A DNA stretch of 32,117 bases from a virus (IMGVR_UViG_3300014775_000960:1-32117), one strand, 5' to 3'. Shown: positions 13,657 to 24,486, counted from the stretch's first letter. Notes: generated from the letters alone by a model not told the origin. Numbers and translations: made by a program.

Positions 13657-15179
13657 TGCACGATTTAGCAAAAGATAAATTAAAACGATATAAAAAAGCA
13701 AAAGCTTTTCGAGAAAAATGGGTTCCTCTATTTGAGGAGTGTTATGATTATTCCCTGCCTATGCGTCAATCATTTTACTATGAAGAAGCAGGTCAAAGGC
13801 GTGATGAAAAGATTTTTGATGAAACTGCTGTTGTAGGTGTTCAAGAATTTGCTTCACGATTGCAAGCAGGTATTGTTCCAAATTTTGCCAGATGGGCTGA
13901 TTTAATAGCAGGAAGTGAAGTTCCTAAAGAACAAAAAGAAGCTGTTGATAATGATTTAGACCAGATTACTGACTATGTTTTTGAGGTGTTGCAGAACTCA
14001 AACTTTAGTCAGGAAGTCCATGAATCTTTTATGGACCTAGCCGTTGGGACAGGTGTTCTTTGCGTTGAGGAAGGAGATTCAATAAACCCCGTGAATTTCC
14101 GAGCGATCCCTCTCCCTCAAGTTGTTTTAGACACTGGCCCCAACGGTGACGTTGATCATATTTTTCGAGAGCGTAAAAATATACGTTTTGATGATTTACC
14201 TATACTTTATCCAAAAAGTACATTTGATCAAAAAGTATTAAATAATATGAACTCCGAAAAAGAAACAACTATTCTTGAGATTGTTTGCAGAGATTATTCT
14301 AAGAAAAACCAAAATGCTTATTATCATTATGCTATTTGTATGCAAACAGATACAATATTACATGAAAAAAGCATGTCAGGTGTAGGGTCTAATCCTTTTA
14401 TTTGCTTTAGATGGAGTCCATCATCTGGTGAAATATATGGTCGAGGTCCATTAATAAATGCATTAGCAGCTATTAAAACATGTAATCTTACTGTTGAGAT
14501 GATTTTAGAAAATGCTCAAATGGCAATGTCTGGAATTTATCAAATGGAAGATGATGGTGTTGTTAATCCTGATACAATAAATCTTGTTCCAGGGACTATA
14601 ATCCCAAAAGCTATGGGATCGGCAGGACTTACACCAATAACTCCTGCAGGTAATTTCAATGTTTCTCAACTTATATTGTCGGATATGAGAACAAATATAA
14701 AAGAAGCATTGTATAATCAAATGTTGGGAGATCCAAATAAAACTCCTGCATCGGCAACAGAAGTTGCTGAAAGAATGGCTGACTTATCTCGAAGGATGGG
14801 CGCAGCGTTTGGAAGACTTCAGGCAGAACTTGTTCAGCCAGTTTTACAAAGAGTTATATATATTCTTAAAAAACAAGGTCGCATTGAATTGCCAACAGTT
14901 AACGGTAGAGAAGTAAAAATAAGATCTGTTTCACCTTTGGCTCAGGCACAAAACAATCAAGATATAGCAACTGTTGGTCGTTTTTTAGAAATGGTTCAAG
15001 GAACTTTTGGTCAACAAATAACACCAATAATTATAGATCCTGAACAAGTTGCTATTTATTTAGCTAAAAAATTTAGCGTGCCAGACAGTTTAGTAAGAGA
15101 TGAAGAGCAAAGAAAACAAATACAAACAATGATGCAACAAATGGCAACTGAAGCACAGGGAGAGCAAATTGCAAACTAA
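13656..15179 (+). CDS. Portal (head-to-tail connector), T7 gp8/BPP-1 type
   Basis: 507 aa; IFDETA, DLAVGTG, RW...GEIYGRGP, SATEV and SPLAQAQ motifs. Confidence 0.93.
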   Translation: MHDLAKDKLKRYKKAKAFREKWVPLFEECYDYSLPMRQSFYYEEAGQRRDEKIFDETAVVGVQEFASRLQAGIVPNFARWADLIAGSEVPKEQKEAVDNDLDQITDYVFEVLQNSNFSQEVHESFMDLAVGTGVLCVEEGDSINPVNFRAIPLPQVVLDTGPNGDVDHIFRERKNIRFDDLPILYPKSTFDQKVLNNMNSEKETTILEIVCRDYSKKNQNAYYHYAICMQTDTILHEKSMSGVGSNPFICFRWSPSSGEIYGRGPLINALAAIKTCNLTVEMILENAQMAMSGIYQMEDDGVVNPDTINLVPGTIIPKAMGSAGLTPITPAGNFNVSQLILSDMRTNIKEALYNQMLGDPNKTPASATEVAERMADLSRRMGAAFGRLQAELVQPVLQRVIYILKKQGRIELPTVNGREVKIRSVSPLAQAQNNQDIATVGRFLEMVQGTFGQQITPIIIDPEQVAIYLAKKFSVPDSLVRDEEQRKQIQTMMQQMATEAQGEQIAN

Positions 15180-15438
15180 AAAAGATATTCCATTTATGGG
15201 AATCGATGGGGTTCAACGCAAATCAGATATTGATGAGCAAATAAGTCAAAATGTAGCTGAGATTTTTAAAACGCCAACTGGGAAAGAAGTTTTGAAATAT
15301 TTAAGATCAATTACTATTGAACTTGTTCATGGACCAAATGTATCAACAGAAAATTTACGTCATGTTGAAGGTCAGAGATATATTGTTGGTTTGATTGAGC
15401 AAAGAATACAGCATGCACATAGGAGTAAAAATAAATGA
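15169..15438 (+). CDS. Bbp19-like conserved phage protein
   Basis: FKTPTGKEVLKYL...EGQR motif; position after the portal; TTG start. Confidence 0.75.
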   Translation: MQTKKDIPFMGIDGVQRKSDIDEQISQNVAEIFKTPTGKEVLKYLRSITIELVHGPNVSTENLRHVEGQRYIVGLIEQRIQHAHRSKNK

Positions 15439-16163
15439 GTACGGAAGAAGCTGTTGAAGTAGCACAAGCTGATGGAAGAGATTTTGTTACTGAAGAAGAT
15501 GTTCAGGCAACAGAAACACCAAGTAAACCAGAATGGCTACCAGAAAAATATAATACACCAGAAGATTTAGCAAAAGGGTATAAAGAGCTTGAAGCAAAGC
15601 TTGGGGCTAAAGAAGAAGATATAAGAAATGCTATTATTGAAGAGATTCAGACTGAAGCATTTAGTGAAAGGCCAGAAACTGTTGGTGATTATGAGGTTCC
15701 AGATATTATTGATAGTGATTCTGCAAATGATAATGAATTGTTTCAATGGTGGGCTAATCATGCATTTGAAAATGGTTTTAGCCAAGAAGAGTTTGAGCAG
15801 GGTATTAATATGTATGCTGAAGCAATACAAAGTAATGCACCTGATTTAGATGCAGAAGAAGCTAAACTTGGAGATAATGCTCAAACTCGAATAGAAGCTG
15901 CTTCCATGTTTGCTCATAAAATGTTTAGCGAAGATCAAATTCCTGCAATAGAAAGACTTTTTCAAACTGCTGATGGAGTAATGGTTATGGAAACTATTAT
16001 GGAAGCAATGAAAGATGGTAATTTTTCAGAAGGCGCACAGCCAGTAGCAGGTAAAACCGAACAACAGCTAAGGGAAATGATGAATGACCCAAGATACTGG
16101 AAAGACAGAGATCCCCATTTTATTAAAGAGGTCACAGAAGGATATCAGCAAATCTATAAATGA
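15435..16163 (+). CDS. Capsid assembly scaffolding protein
   Basis: Acidic; KPEWLPEKY...DLAKGYKELE motif; lies between portal and capsid. Confidence 0.85.
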   Translation: MSTEEAVEVAQADGRDFVTEEDVQATETPSKPEWLPEKYNTPEDLAKGYKELEAKLGAKEEDIRNAIIEEIQTEAFSERPETVGDYEVPDIIDSDSANDNELFQWWANHAFENGFSQEEFEQGINMYAEAIQSNAPDLDAEEAKLGDNAQTRIEAASMFAHKMFSEDQIPAIERLFQTADGVMVMETIMEAMKDGNFSEGAQPVAGKTEQQLREMMNDPRYWKDRDPHFIKEVTEGYQQIYK

Positions 16164-16680
16164 ACCACGAATATTAAAACGTGGTGATTTTTATCTAACA
16201 TGTTTGCACTCTCATCATATTGATGAAATAGATATTACCCTTTCACCAGAAAATAAAAGAGAGTTAAAACTTTTAGGATATCCAACAACAAGAGCCGCTT
16301 TAGATTTGATGTATCGAGAGGCTCAAGCTTATGTTGTTAAAACAGAAGGCGGTCCGATTATAATGACGGGCGGCCTTTTATTTAATGAAGATCAAGATAT
16401 TCCTCAAATGTTTGCAATGTTTTCGAATAATGCATTTAAAAATTTTACTTTATTAGCAAGAGGTTCAAAAATGCTATTAGAGTATTTAACAAGTTATCAT
16501 CCAAAGCTAAGTATGACTATTTTGGGTGATTATGACGGTGTAAAACGATGGGCTGAGTGGTTGGGTTTTGAGCCTGTTGGTGTTTTTCATATAAACGAAA
16601 ATAAATATATTGAATTTATTTATTGTAATTTAGATAAAAATTGTGTTTATGATGAACCACAACGACCCGTAATACACTGA
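16084..16680 (+). CDS. T7 gp13-like / GNAT-fold protein
   Basis: NKREL, LLARGSK and RWAEWLGFE patterns; start uncertain. Confidence 0.6.
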   Translation: MTQDTGKTEIPILLKRSQKDISKSINEPRILKRGDFYLTCLHSHHIDEIDITLSPENKRELKLLGYPTTRAALDLMYREAQAYVVKTEGGPIIMTGGLLFNEDQDIPQMFAMFSNNAFKNFTLLARGSKMLLEYLTSYHPKLSMTILGDYDGVKRWAEWLGFEPVGVFHINENKYIEFIYCNLDKNCVYDEPQRPVIH

Positions 16681-16759
16681 TTGGCCCGATAGGATACCCA
16701 AGTTGAAGTAGAAAAACGGATACTCGTCGAAACCAGAAACTTCAATTAAGGACTGAAAA

Positions 16760-17569
16760 ATGGCAAATACAATAGATCAAGCCTTTATCAAACAGTTCGA
16801 GACAGAAGTACACATGGCGTATCAGCGTATGGGTTCGAAACTTCGTAACACAGTACGCTCTACAAATGTTACTGGCTCGACTGCAAGATTCCAAGTAATT
16901 GGAAAAGGCACAGCAAATACAAAATCCAGAAATGGTAATGTAACTCCAATGGAGCTTGCACACACAACTGTAGAAGTCACTATGGCTGACTACTATGCAC
17001 CAGAGTATATCGACAAACTTGATGAGTTGAAAATTAATATCAACGAGCGTCAAGCTGTTGCTCAATCTGCTGCTGCTGCTCTAGGTCGTAAGACTGATGA
17101 GATTATTACAACAGCATTGGATGCAGGTGCTAACTCAACTCAAATTCATGATACAAGTTCAGCTTTAGAAAAAGCAGATCTTCTTTCATTGTTTGAAACT
17201 TTTGGCAATGCAGATATTCCTGAAGATGGGCAACGCTATTTAGCAATGTCTCCTGCAGGTTTTGCAGACTTGTTTGCAATTAATGAATTTGCTTCAAGTG
17301 ACTTTGTTGGTCCACAAAACTTACCATTCGCAGGTGGTATGACAATGAAAGAGTTCTTAGGCTTTAAGATCTTTTCAACGTCTGCTGTCGCAGGTGGTAA
17401 AAACTTCGCATATCATACAACTGCTGTTGGACTTGGTATTAACTCTGATGTACAAACAGAAGTTAATTATGTTGCAGAGAAAGTATCTCACTTAACCACA
17501 TCTATGATGTCTATGGGTTCTGTCGTTATTGATGACGATGGTGTCTATGAAGTCTTAGATAACAACTAG
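16760..17569 (+). CDS. Major capsid protein (HTVC010P/BPP-1 type)
   Basis: AFIKQF...YQRMGSKLR, IDKLDELK and AALGRKTDEII motifs; AAGGA SD. Confidence 0.9.
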   Translation: MANTIDQAFIKQFETEVHMAYQRMGSKLRNTVRSTNVTGSTARFQVIGKGTANTKSRNGNVTPMELAHTTVEVTMADYYAPEYIDKLDELKININERQAVAQSAAAALGRKTDEIITTALDAGANSTQIHDTSSALEKADLLSLFETFGNADIPEDGQRYLAMSPAGFADLFAINEFASSDFVGPQNLPFAGGMTMKEFLGFKIFSTSAVAGGKNFAYHTTAVGLGINSDVQTEVNYVAEKVSHLTTSMMSMGSVVIDDDGVYEVLDNN

Positions 17570-17581
17570 GAGGGTTGAATT

Positions 17582-17845
17582 ATGGCTTATAGTGCAAGTG
17601 GTTTAACCCGCGTTGGCGGTGACTCAAACGGAAGCTTATGGATGTATCGTTCAGCCGATGCTATAGCTACTGTTCGAGCATCAGGATATTTTAATAGTGC
17701 AGCTAGTATGTTAGGTGTTCGTGATATTATCATAGTAAATGATACAAACACACCTACTGCTCATTTATGCATTGTTTTATCTAATACTGGTACTGTTGTT
17801 GACTGTTCAGATGGAACAGCAATAGCAGAAACTGACACTGACTAA
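17582..17845 (+). CDS. Probable capsid decoration/cement protein
   Basis: Small ORF after MCP with strong AGGAGG SD; WxYxSxD...GYFN; followed by a hairpin. Confidence 0.6.
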   Translation: MAYSASGLTRVGGDSNGSLWMYRSADAIATVRASGYFNSAASMLGVRDIIIVNDTNTPTAHLCIVLSNTGTVVDCSDGTAIAETDTD

Positions 17846-17849
17846 GGGA

Positions 17850-17874
17850 TGGGGGCTTCGGCCCCCAACTTTCT
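17850..17874 (+). terminator. Probably leaky terminator after the capsid genes
   Basis: TGGGGGC-TTCG-GCCCCCA followed by a weak ACTTTCT tail. Confidence 0.65.
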
Positions 17875-18459
17875 ATGCCTTCAGTTGCAGATACATCAAT
17901 TAAAATTTGTTCAAGAGCTTCTGTTCTTATTGGTGGTAATGACATTCAATCATTTGTTGATGGAACAGCCGAATCACAAGTTGCTGATGCTGTTTATGAA
18001 GATATAGCAAGAACAGCTTTAACAAACACTCGTTGGCGATTTGCATCAGATCAAGCTGTTTTAAATCGATTGGAGGAAGCTCCAACAGGAAGATTTGATG
18101 CTGCTTATCAATTACCATCTAATTCAATTATGGTTCATGCAATAACTGTAAATGATGTTGTTATTAAATATAACACATATGGCAGTAAAATATTTTGTAA
18201 TGCTTCTTCTTCAGATGAAGTTATCGCTGATTTTAATTTTAGAGCAGATGAGAATACTTGGCCTCCTTATTTTACTTTAGCTGTTCAATATATGCTTGCA
18301 GGAGCTTTTGCTGTTTCTTTAGCAAGAGATGCACAACTAGGTCAGCTAATGGATGAAAAAGCCTTAATATACATGGCACAAGCTAGAAGGCTTGACTCAC
18401 AACAACAAACAACAGTTAAGCTTAATACATCGAGGCTCATTGCACAAAGGCGTAGTTAA
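17875..18459 (+). CDS. Tail tubular protein A (adaptor, gp11-like)
   Basis: ICSRA...IG, WRFA, YQLP and WPPYF motifs; size and position. Confidence 0.85.
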   Translation: MPSVADTSIKICSRASVLIGGNDIQSFVDGTAESQVADAVYEDIARTALTNTRWRFASDQAVLNRLEEAPTGRFDAAYQLPSNSIMVHAITVNDVVIKYNTYGSKIFCNASSSDEVIADFNFRADENTWPPYFTLAVQYMLAGAFAVSLARDAQLGQLMDEKALIYMAQARRLDSQQQTTVKLNTSRLIAQRRS

Positions 18460-20699
18460 TGCAAAAAGTAAGAGTTGCACAAAACAGCTTTCAGTATGGT
18501 GAGGCAAGTGATTCATTAATAATGAGAACAGACAGCCAAGTTTATAGAGGCTCTGCTCAATCTCTTCAAAATATGCTTGTTATGGCAGAAGGCTCTGTAA
18601 AGAAGCGTTTTGGTTTAAAACATATTTACGATTATTCCATTACTTTTAATTCGTCTTATCCAGAGCAATCTCACTTAATGCCTTTTGTTTTTGATTCAAA
18701 TGAAGAATATATTATTTCTTTAGAGCATCAGAAGGTAAGGTGTTTTCGGCTGCTTACAGACGGAACGATAAGTTTAGTTGCTACTATTACTCAGGATGTA
18801 GATTCAGCAACTTTACCATTTGATAGAGAATATTTGCAAGAATATACATATGCACAGTCAGGTGATGTAATGTGGATTTGTCATCCATTATTTGCACCAA
18901 GATTATTAGTTAGAACAAGTTTAACTGCATTTCAGGTAGAAACATATTCATTTGACAAAAGTGCAGATAATAAAAGAAATTTTCAACCATATACAAGTTT
19001 TCATGCAGCAGGTGTTACTTTAGATCCAAGTGCAACAACAGGAAGCGGTGTAACTTTAACAACAAGTGTATCATATTGGGATACAACTGGCTCTCAAAGC
19101 GGAGGTAATTATCCTAATTCAAAACATGTTGGAGCTATTGTAAGATATCAGCAAGCAGAAATAGAAATAACAAGTGTTCAATCTGGAACCCAAGCCACAG
19201 GAACAATAACAGATGAATTAAAAACAAGGCTTTCTGTTTTAAATCCATTTAGAACAATTGATGGAAGTACAACTGTTGAAGTAACTCATATAAATCATGG
19301 TTTTTCAGGTAGTGAGTCAATAACAATAGAAGAAGCATCTGCAACAGGTGGTATATCTGCTTCTAACTTAAATGGCTCAAGAACTGTTGGCGATATTATT
19401 GATCAAAATACTTATCAAATTACGGCAGGAGCGGCAGCTACAAGTGCAGAAGATGGCGGGGGTAGAGTCAAAGTTGTTTGTCATGCCCCCACATCGGATT
19501 GGGATGAGCAAGCTTATTCTGCAAAACGTGGTTATCCTGCGGCTGTAGCTTTTCATGAAAATAGATTAGTTTTTGGTGGAACAATAGCAGAGCCAGATAC
19601 TATCTGGATGTCAAAAGTAGGTGAATATTTTAATTATGATGTTGGTGATGGTGCTGATACTGATTCAATAGTTTTGACTGCTGCAACAGGTGATGTAAAT
19701 GAAATACGATATTTAAAATCAAATAGAGATTTGCAAGTTTTTACAAATGAAGCTGAACTTTATGTACCAACTTATTTAAATCAAGCAACAACACCAACTA
19801 ATGCACAAATAAGAAAGCAAACAACATATGGTTCAGCGTTTGTAATGCCTCATGTTGTAGATGGTGCAACTATTTTTACACAACAAAATGGAAAAATAAT
19901 AAGAGAATATATTTATACCGATTCTGAAGATGCTTATACATCGGTTGCTATCTCTACTATATCAAGTCATTTGTTTCAAAGTTCACCAAAGTACTTAGCT
20001 GTTGCTAATAGTGGTTTTGATTTACCTGATACCTATGCTGTTATGACATTAGACAATGGTAATTTAGCTGTATTTTCTTCTAATAGAGTTGAAAAAAGAG
20101 CATCATGGGTAAATTTTACTGTTGATGGAAATTTTTCATCTGCCGTTGCTATCAAAAATAGAATTTTTATAAATGCTTATGATAGTGATAATAAATTACA
20201 GCTTTGTGAATTTAAAGATGATATAGGTTTAGATTTTTATTTATATGTTTCTGTAAGTTCAAGCCTTGCTGATGTAAGTGATTTATATTCGAGTGGTGAT
20301 GTTGTAGATGTTTTAGGTTTTAATGGCACTACAGAAGATTTTCTTGGTTCTTTTACTGTAAATGGTTCAGATCAAGTAGATATTACTGGTTACTCAGGAT
20401 ACACACATCTTTATGTTGGTAAAAAATTTGATTCTAAAATAATTACAAATCCTGTTGATGCTTCTTTTGGCTCTGGTCCATCAACAGGTGATGTAAGGGG
20501 AGTCACTAATATTGTTGTTGATTTTAAAAATACTAAATCAGCTAAAGTTAATACAAAACCAATGATAAATTATGGAAGTTTTACGGGTAAAAAAGAGTTT
20601 CGATCACTTGGATATGATCGTAATCCTCAAGTTACTATTGAGCAGAATGAACCACTTCCAATGCAAGTAAATGGTATTATAGCGGAGTTAATTATCTAA
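18459..20699 (+). CDS. Tail tubular protein B (nozzle, gp12-like)
   Basis: QNSFQYGE, GSVKKRFG, YAQSGD and GYPAAVAFHENRLVFGG motifs. Confidence 0.88.
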   Translation: MQKVRVAQNSFQYGEASDSLIMRTDSQVYRGSAQSLQNMLVMAEGSVKKRFGLKHIYDYSITFNSSYPEQSHLMPFVFDSNEEYIISLEHQKVRCFRLLTDGTISLVATITQDVDSATLPFDREYLQEYTYAQSGDVMWICHPLFAPRLLVRTSLTAFQVETYSFDKSADNKRNFQPYTSFHAAGVTLDPSATTGSGVTLTTSVSYWDTTGSQSGGNYPNSKHVGAIVRYQQAEIEITSVQSGTQATGTITDELKTRLSVLNPFRTIDGSTTVEVTHINHGFSGSESITIEEASATGGISASNLNGSRTVGDIIDQNTYQITAGAAATSAEDGGGRVKVVCHAPTSDWDEQAYSAKRGYPAAVAFHENRLVFGGTIAEPDTIWMSKVGEYFNYDVGDGADTDSIVLTAATGDVNEIRYLKSNRDLQVFTNEAELYVPTYLNQATTPTNAQIRKQTTYGSAFVMPHVVDGATIFTQQNGKIIREYIYTDSEDAYTSVAISTISSHLFQSSPKYLAVANSGFDLPDTYAVMTLDNGNLAVFSSNRVEKRASWVNFTVDGNFSSAVAIKNRIFINAYDSDNKLQLCEFKDDIGLDFYLYVSVSSSLADVSDLYSSGDVVDVLGFNGTTEDFLGSFTVNGSDQVDITGYSGYTHLYVGKKFDSKIITNPVDASFGSGPSTGDVRGVTNIVVDFKNTKSAKVNTKPMINYGSFTGKKEFRSLGYDRNPQVTIEQNEPLPMQVNGIIAELII

Positions 20700-21166
20700 T
20701 GGACCCAATGGTAATAGCTGGAATGGCAAAAGGACTTGGATTTTTTATTCAAGGTGTTGCTGCTAAAAATCAAGCAAAATTAGATGCTTTTAATTTAGAA
20801 ACAGAAAGCGTTATGGCAAAAGCACAGGGTTTAAGAGAAGGCCGTATGCTTCTAGAACAGTTTGAAGATATATATAAAAGTAATTTTGCTTTTACTTTAA
20901 CAAAATTAAATAGAAAAATTACTCCTGATTTGAAAGCTGCATTTGGTAAAGATAGAGATAATGTCGAAGATTCCATTTCTGATATTGATTTTATGACTTT
21001 TATAAATGAACTTGGATACAAACAAGAAATAGCTGCTACTAAAAGGAGAGGAAAAGATGCTTTTATGTCTGGTTTGTTAGCAATGGGTCAAACTGGTTTA
21101 GAAACATATCAAGATTATCAAGATACAAAACGAACAACTCTATTAATTAAAAAATTAAGTGCATAA
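20699..21166 (+). CDS. Internal virion protein (gp14-like)
   Basis: Hydrophobic Gly/Ala N-terminus, helical body, position after the nozzle. Confidence 0.6.
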   Translation: MDPMVIAGMAKGLGFFIQGVAAKNQAKLDAFNLETESVMAKAQGLREGRMLLEQFEDIYKSNFAFTLTKLNRKITPDLKAAFGKDRDNVEDSISDIDFMTFINELGYKQEIAATKRRGKDAFMSGLLAMGQTGLETYQDYQDTKRTTLLIKKLSA

Positions 21167-21168
21167 AA

Positions 21169-24100
21169 ATGGCTATAAAAAGAATAGAAAGGCAATCTCT
21201 TTTAGGACCCATTAGAATTAATACTTCTTCTTCTGGGGAAAGCTCGGTAGGGCAACAGATTGTTCAATTTGCTGATAATCAAAGAGACAGACACTATAAA
21301 GTTGCAGTTGCTGCTGCTGAAAACAGTGGCAAACTTTTAGCTGCTGAAGCAGATCTAACATCAATTTTAGATATTGATAAAAATACTGGTAAACCTGATA
21401 TAATAAATCAGGCAATAAATTTAGGTACTTTTCAAAAAGAAGCTTTTGAAAGTGCTGTTTTTTTAAGATTTAAAAATGCTATTGAAGATAAAATAGCAAG
21501 TAAAGCAACTCAACTAACTGCAAAATACGAAAATGAAAATAATGCTCCTGAATTATTTACTCAGGAATTTACAAGTTTTTTAGATGGTTTGGGTAGTGAT
21601 ACAACAGGTTTTTATAAACAATATATAGTAGATCGAGGCGGTAATTATTTAGAAGCCAAAAGAACAGATTTAGAAGTTGCAAGAACAAAACGTATATACG
21701 AAGAAACTGTTGCTGAAAAAGAAAGAAAAATTGCACAAAATAAAGAATTCTTTTTTCAATTAGGTTATAATTTAGATTACTCTGAATTTGCAGGACGTTT
21801 CCAAGAAGAAGTAAATACTTTAAAAATTTATCAAGGAATAAATGCTACTACCGAAAAAGAAATCACAAACTTAAAAAAAGATTTTCGCAAAATAGCTGTT
21901 TCAGGTGCTATATCAAAATTATTAGAAGATCCTGATGTTGCAAAAGATGCTCCATCTATACTTCAATATTTTCAAAGCATGGGTAGCAAGAGTTATTATA
22001 ATATACTTAGTCCTACTGCTAAAGATACCGTTAAAAAAATTAAAAATTTATATGGTAATTTTGCAGAAGGTAACCCAAATGATTATTTGGAAATAGCTAA
22101 TGATAATCTGCCATTTTTTCAAAATGCAATAAGTATTGGGGAAACCTATCAAAAAATAGACAATGATAGGATGACAAGACTTACTAATTTAATGAAAGCT
22201 TTAAATACGGAAACAGAAGAAAGTATTATAGTAGGTATTGATAAAGCAACTAACAACATAACAGAATCTATAAATGATGATGACTATTTGGTTTTAGGAT
22301 CAGCAGGATCAATTACACAAATTCAAGAACGATTAAAATATTTAAATCTATTGCCAAGTCAACTTATGTCTTCTGAAGAGAGAGATGTTGAGAAACATAG
22401 AAAACTTCTTGGTGAAATAGAAAAGGCAAAAGATCAAATTGCAGAAGGTCTTGTTGTTAGAATGATGAGAACTTCTGATGGGCGTCAAAATGCAGAACAA
22501 ATTGCTAATATTTTTCAAAGTAGCGATTTTACTGGAATTTCTAATTATATGCCATCTTTGCAATTTAATTTATTTAATGAAATAGCTGATAGTAATAGTG
22601 CAAAAGCTTTTGAAGAAATTGCAAAAGGTGTAAGAGATTTTACACAAGTTAATATTAATAAAGTAGAAGCAGCTAAAGAAATAGAAGCAGTTAATCAAGC
22701 AAATTATTTAAAAAGATTAGCGGCAAGTAATTCTTCTAATCATGTAGAAATTGATTTATTAGCAAAACGCTTAGAAGAAATGCATAAAAACTCTTCTGAT
22801 AAAATCAAAAAACAAATTGGTGAAGCTGTTAATTCTGTTCAAAGCTCAATAAATACTAAATTAAAAGCTTCTCAAGTTTTACAATTTACTGAACAATCTG
22901 AAAATATAATTCATAATACTGATTTATCGAATTATTTAGATAATATTGATTTAGTTCAAAAAATTGGAACAGATTTAAATATTGAAAGAGAGGCTATTTC
23001 GCTAGCAATTCAACAAATATTTGACGAAATAGTATCAGATAGATTTGCTATAGCTTTTACATCAAAACCATCACAGAGCAAAATAGATTTTTTAACAGCT
23101 TTGAAAGGTTTTACTGCCAAATCAGGTGGAACTTTATCTAGTCAGCTTGATCCGCAACTTAGAAAAGAAATTAAAAGTCTTTTAAATGAAACAATAAAAG
23201 TTGGTGGTAAAATTTACAAAGTAGATCAAGAAAAAGTTTATAAGCAAGTAAGTGAAGCTCTCACAAATGCAAAAACAGTATTCGAGGTTGAGCAAAGAAA
23301 TGATCAAAAACGTGTTTTAATAGAAACCTTACAAAATGGAATATATACACCTAATTTACATACAAACGCAGAAGGTAGAGAAACGCTTATTAATCACATT
23401 GAAGAGCAAACAGGCGGCGCAATCGATGAAAGAATATACACTCTTCGATTAGATGAAATACAATCAATGCCTGAAGAAAAACAAATTAGAATTTTTAAGC
23501 AGCTAGATCTTTTAAAAAATTCAGGATCATTAACATCTCATTTTGAAGATACTTTTAATCAATTTGAAAGAGGTGTTTTAAATGAAACTGAAATGGGTGA
23601 GTTTTTAAGAAATACAAGAGAGCTAGCAATGACAGATGCTTCTGGTCGTTTAAATATGACTAGAGGGGCGTATGATTTATTAGGAAAAGAAAAAGCTACA
23701 AAACTCAAAGCATATTATCAAATATATAATTTCTTTCCTGCACAAAGTAGAGCTGCTGAAACTCTTAAAGCAATTAGAAGTGCAAATGAAACTCCAATGA
23801 CTAATGAAGAGTTTAGAAAATTAACAAAAACAAAAGGCGTCTATGAGTTACTTGATAGTATAGCAACTATACCAGATGAAATTATTCAAGAATTTGTTCC
23901 TGCTGCTGAATTATTAGCTCCTATTTATCAAACAGATTTAAAAACTGTTTTAACAAATATGATAGATGCTCGTTTTATGAGCCATCCACAAATGTACTCA
24001 CCAATTACAAATTCTTCTTTAGTGCCTAATGATTTTGGAACAGACACAAGAAAAAATTTAAATCCATTATTTTATGCAGTTCAACAAAAAGTAAATGATA

Positions 24101-24486
24101 TAAATCAAGCTTTACCTGACGCTCAATATTTCTTTGATCGAGATATAGATATAACTGTTGAAGATTTTGCGGCAGGACAGGCAATAGCCCCAATCCAATT
24201 ATTTGATGATCTAGGTCAAGGTAACGAAACAGATTTGGCAGCTAGAATAAGTGCAGGACAAAAAAGAGTTTTAGTTGGGCCAACACTTCAATCATCAGCA
24301 AGTTTTCCTGAAGCTCAGTTATATGCAATTGTTTCTGCAACAGGAGCAATACAACCAATCCCTAATACTGTTTTTACTTTACAAGATGAATGGGTTCAAA
24401 AAGCTTTTGCAGAATATGCAGAAAAACAAACCGCTCTTAAAAATCAACCGCCTCCTATGATGATGTATTATTTAGGTAAGTTTTAA
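21169..24486 (+). CDS. Large internal virion (ejectosome) protein, gp15-like
   Basis: 1105-aa helical protein; assignment by synteny. Confidence 0.6.
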   Translation: MAIKRIERQSLLGPIRINTSSSGESSVGQQIVQFADNQRDRHYKVAVAAAENSGKLLAAEADLTSILDIDKNTGKPDIINQAINLGTFQKEAFESAVFLRFKNAIEDKIASKATQLTAKYENENNAPELFTQEFTSFLDGLGSDTTGFYKQYIVDRGGNYLEAKRTDLEVARTKRIYEETVAEKERKIAQNKEFFFQLGYNLDYSEFAGRFQEEVNTLKIYQGINATTEKEITNLKKDFRKIAVSGAISKLLEDPDVAKDAPSILQYFQSMGSKSYYNILSPTAKDTVKKIKNLYGNFAEGNPNDYLEIANDNLPFFQNAISIGETYQKIDNDRMTRLTNLMKALNTETEESIIVGIDKATNNITESINDDDYLVLGSAGSITQIQERLKYLNLLPSQLMSSEERDVEKHRKLLGEIEKAKDQIAEGLVVRMMRTSDGRQNAEQIANIFQSSDFTGISNYMPSLQFNLFNEIADSNSAKAFEEIAKGVRDFTQVNINKVEAAKEIEAVNQANYLKRLAASNSSNHVEIDLLAKRLEEMHKNSSDKIKKQIGEAVNSVQSSINTKLKASQVLQFTEQSENIIHNTDLSNYLDNIDLVQKIGTDLNIEREAISLAIQQIFDEIVSDRFAIAFTSKPSQSKIDFLTALKGFTAKSGGTLSSQLDPQLRKEIKSLLNETIKVGGKIYKVDQEKVYKQVSEALTNAKTVFEVEQRNDQKRVLIETLQNGIYTPNLHTNAEGRETLINHIEEQTGGAIDERIYTLRLDEIQSMPEEKQIRIFKQLDLLKNSGSLTSHFEDTFNQFERGVLNETEMGEFLRNTRELAMTDASGRLNMTRGAYDLLGKEKATKLKAYYQIYNFFPAQSRAAETLKAIRSANETPMTNEEFRKLTKTKGVYELLDSIATIPDEIIQEFVPAAELLAPIYQTDLKTVLTNMIDARFMSHPQMYSPITNSSLVPNDFGTDTRKNLNPLFYAVQQKVNDINQALPDAQYFFDRDIDITVEDFAAGQAIAPIQLFDDLGQGNETDLAARISAGQKRVLVGPTLQSSASFPEAQLYAIVSATGAIQPIPNTVFTLQDEWVQKAFAEYAEKQTALKNQPPPMMMYYLGKF

